Origin: Ptychomitrium polyphyllum | Lineage: Eukaryota | Length of the DNA: 64,000 nt | Assembly (NCBI GenBank): GCA_973851085.1 | Contig: OZ316775.1 | Location: forward strand, 16,802,001-16,866,000 | Direction: 5' to 3' | In this document: positions 62,816 to 64,000 of the stretch, piece after piece | Numbering within the stretch: the first letter of the stretch is position 1 | How the letters are laid out: every line of letters begins with the position of its first letter | Translations under genes and position numbers: made by a program | The notes under the pieces: model-generated | What the model was told of the DNA's origin: nothing | The model's database searches: none | Seen by the model: only the letters and a program-made list of their open reading frames with translations

Positions 62816-64000
62816 AATCGCGCACCTCTCCTTGAGGAATGCCCGCAACACTAAGGGCACAAGGGAGACCCCGGAGTGACGTCTGGGACTTGTGGCGCCG
62901 ATAGTGAGGAGAACCGAGTGGGCCTAGCGTGGGAAGGACTCCTAAGGGGGAGAAACATCCTTGCCCATGTAGACCGAGGGCCACCAAGGATAGATCAAGG
63001 GCATTGGAGGAATCACGAAGAGTTGATTTTAGAATGCTAAAGATTGCCAAATCGAACCAGGAAGCTAAAAGTTATGGCATTCCAAAGTTGGGGTTGCCAA
63101 GGGGCTGTTTTGGACTGTGGCAGCCTTACACAGTGACTGTACTGGAGTGGGACATTCCAGGGAGGGACTCCCCAAGAGTCCTAAACCTTGGGAGAGGCGT
63201 ATCTCCCACAATACTAACTCAAATCGGACGTTTGAGGAATCTATCGACATCTACACAAAGAGTAGATGACGACAAAGTGGTTGCTTGATACATTTGGGCA
63301 CCGCATGAAGAACATATGGCTCCCTGAAGGTCTGCTAGAAGTCCCAGAGGCTTCCAGCGGCTAAGTCCCAAGGCAGATCGGGTGGTCTTCCAAAACTTTA
63401 GGTGTGTCGGGGTTCAGCCAGCTACAAAGGGCTAGGGGGCCTGCCGAATCCCACAAAGAGTACTATAAGGGAGGGCTGGTCTCCCTTCCTACTCCCCTAA
63501 TGTCTTGGTAGGAACCAATGATGAGTCCCGGTTGGTGGAGCTAATGTTAGGGCTTCACCACGGGGACTCCCACACCATTGTGAGCCGGTGGACGGCCGGT
63601 TTCACGAAGGAAATTAGCATGTTCAAAAGGATATGCTTGTTACTACTAAATTGAGGTGGTGTCTTCACGTCGGCACCATGATGGCTTGGGGTGATCTTAG
63701 GATCAGATGGAGATTATGAGTGGTGGTGAGGAGACACCACTAAGTGCGGTTAGGCCATATAGAATGGAAGTAACACCAAATGAGGCCTTGGACATGAATG
63801 GAAGTCCGCATCTAACCATTGGCTATCAATCAATTGGTGTCCTAAGAGAAATGGTAGAAAGACTTGGAAAGGGAGAATGGGGATTAACCATGTGCATGTG
63901 GGGATGTACAAGGTTGACACGCATGACGCTTGCTAAGGTGCATTATAAGGATTGCGACATTTGGTATCAGAGCAGGCTTTGAGTATCCAAGTGCTACGTT
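62816..64000 (+). mobile_element. 5' LTR (about 62816-63959) and tRNA-iMet PBS (63962-63973) of another G2 element that runs off the window
   Basis: G2 LTR sequence ending GCGACA, followed by TT-TGGTATCAGAGC and the same leader start seen at 45721. Confidence 0.92.

Overview
Eukaryotic, plant nuclear DNA, most likely a moss such as Physcomitrium patens. That assignment is an inference from the retroelement types and the AT-rich plastid insert. The window opens with the first coding exon of a THO complex subunit 7 (THOC7)-like gene on the minus strand. The rest is a nested LTR-retrotransposon island. It holds three copies and a relic LTR of a chromodomain Ty3/gypsy family (G1) and one complete copy plus three further LTRs of a second chromovirus family (G2, about 1.15-kb LTRs, tRNA-iMet PBS). 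It also holds three copies of a Ty1/copia family (C1, half-tRNA PBS, TG...TA LTRs with TTAGGG/GCC-box arrays), a second truncated copia (C2), old gypsy relics, a 1.7-kb solo LTR and a mosaic plastid insertion (ndhD + rpl14). The most notable system is G1. It appears to self-prime in the manner of Tf1, with a PBS exactly complementary to its predicted transcript 5' end. It also has a -1 frameshift/pseudoknot signal, heat-shock-element arrays in the LTR and an extra ORF of unknown function after pol. C1 shows a recurrent 5'-versus-3' LTR mismatch that suggests templated misincorporation during plus-strand initiation. Several near-identical patches between neighbouring copies suggest ectopic gene conversion. 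All comparisons were made by eye.
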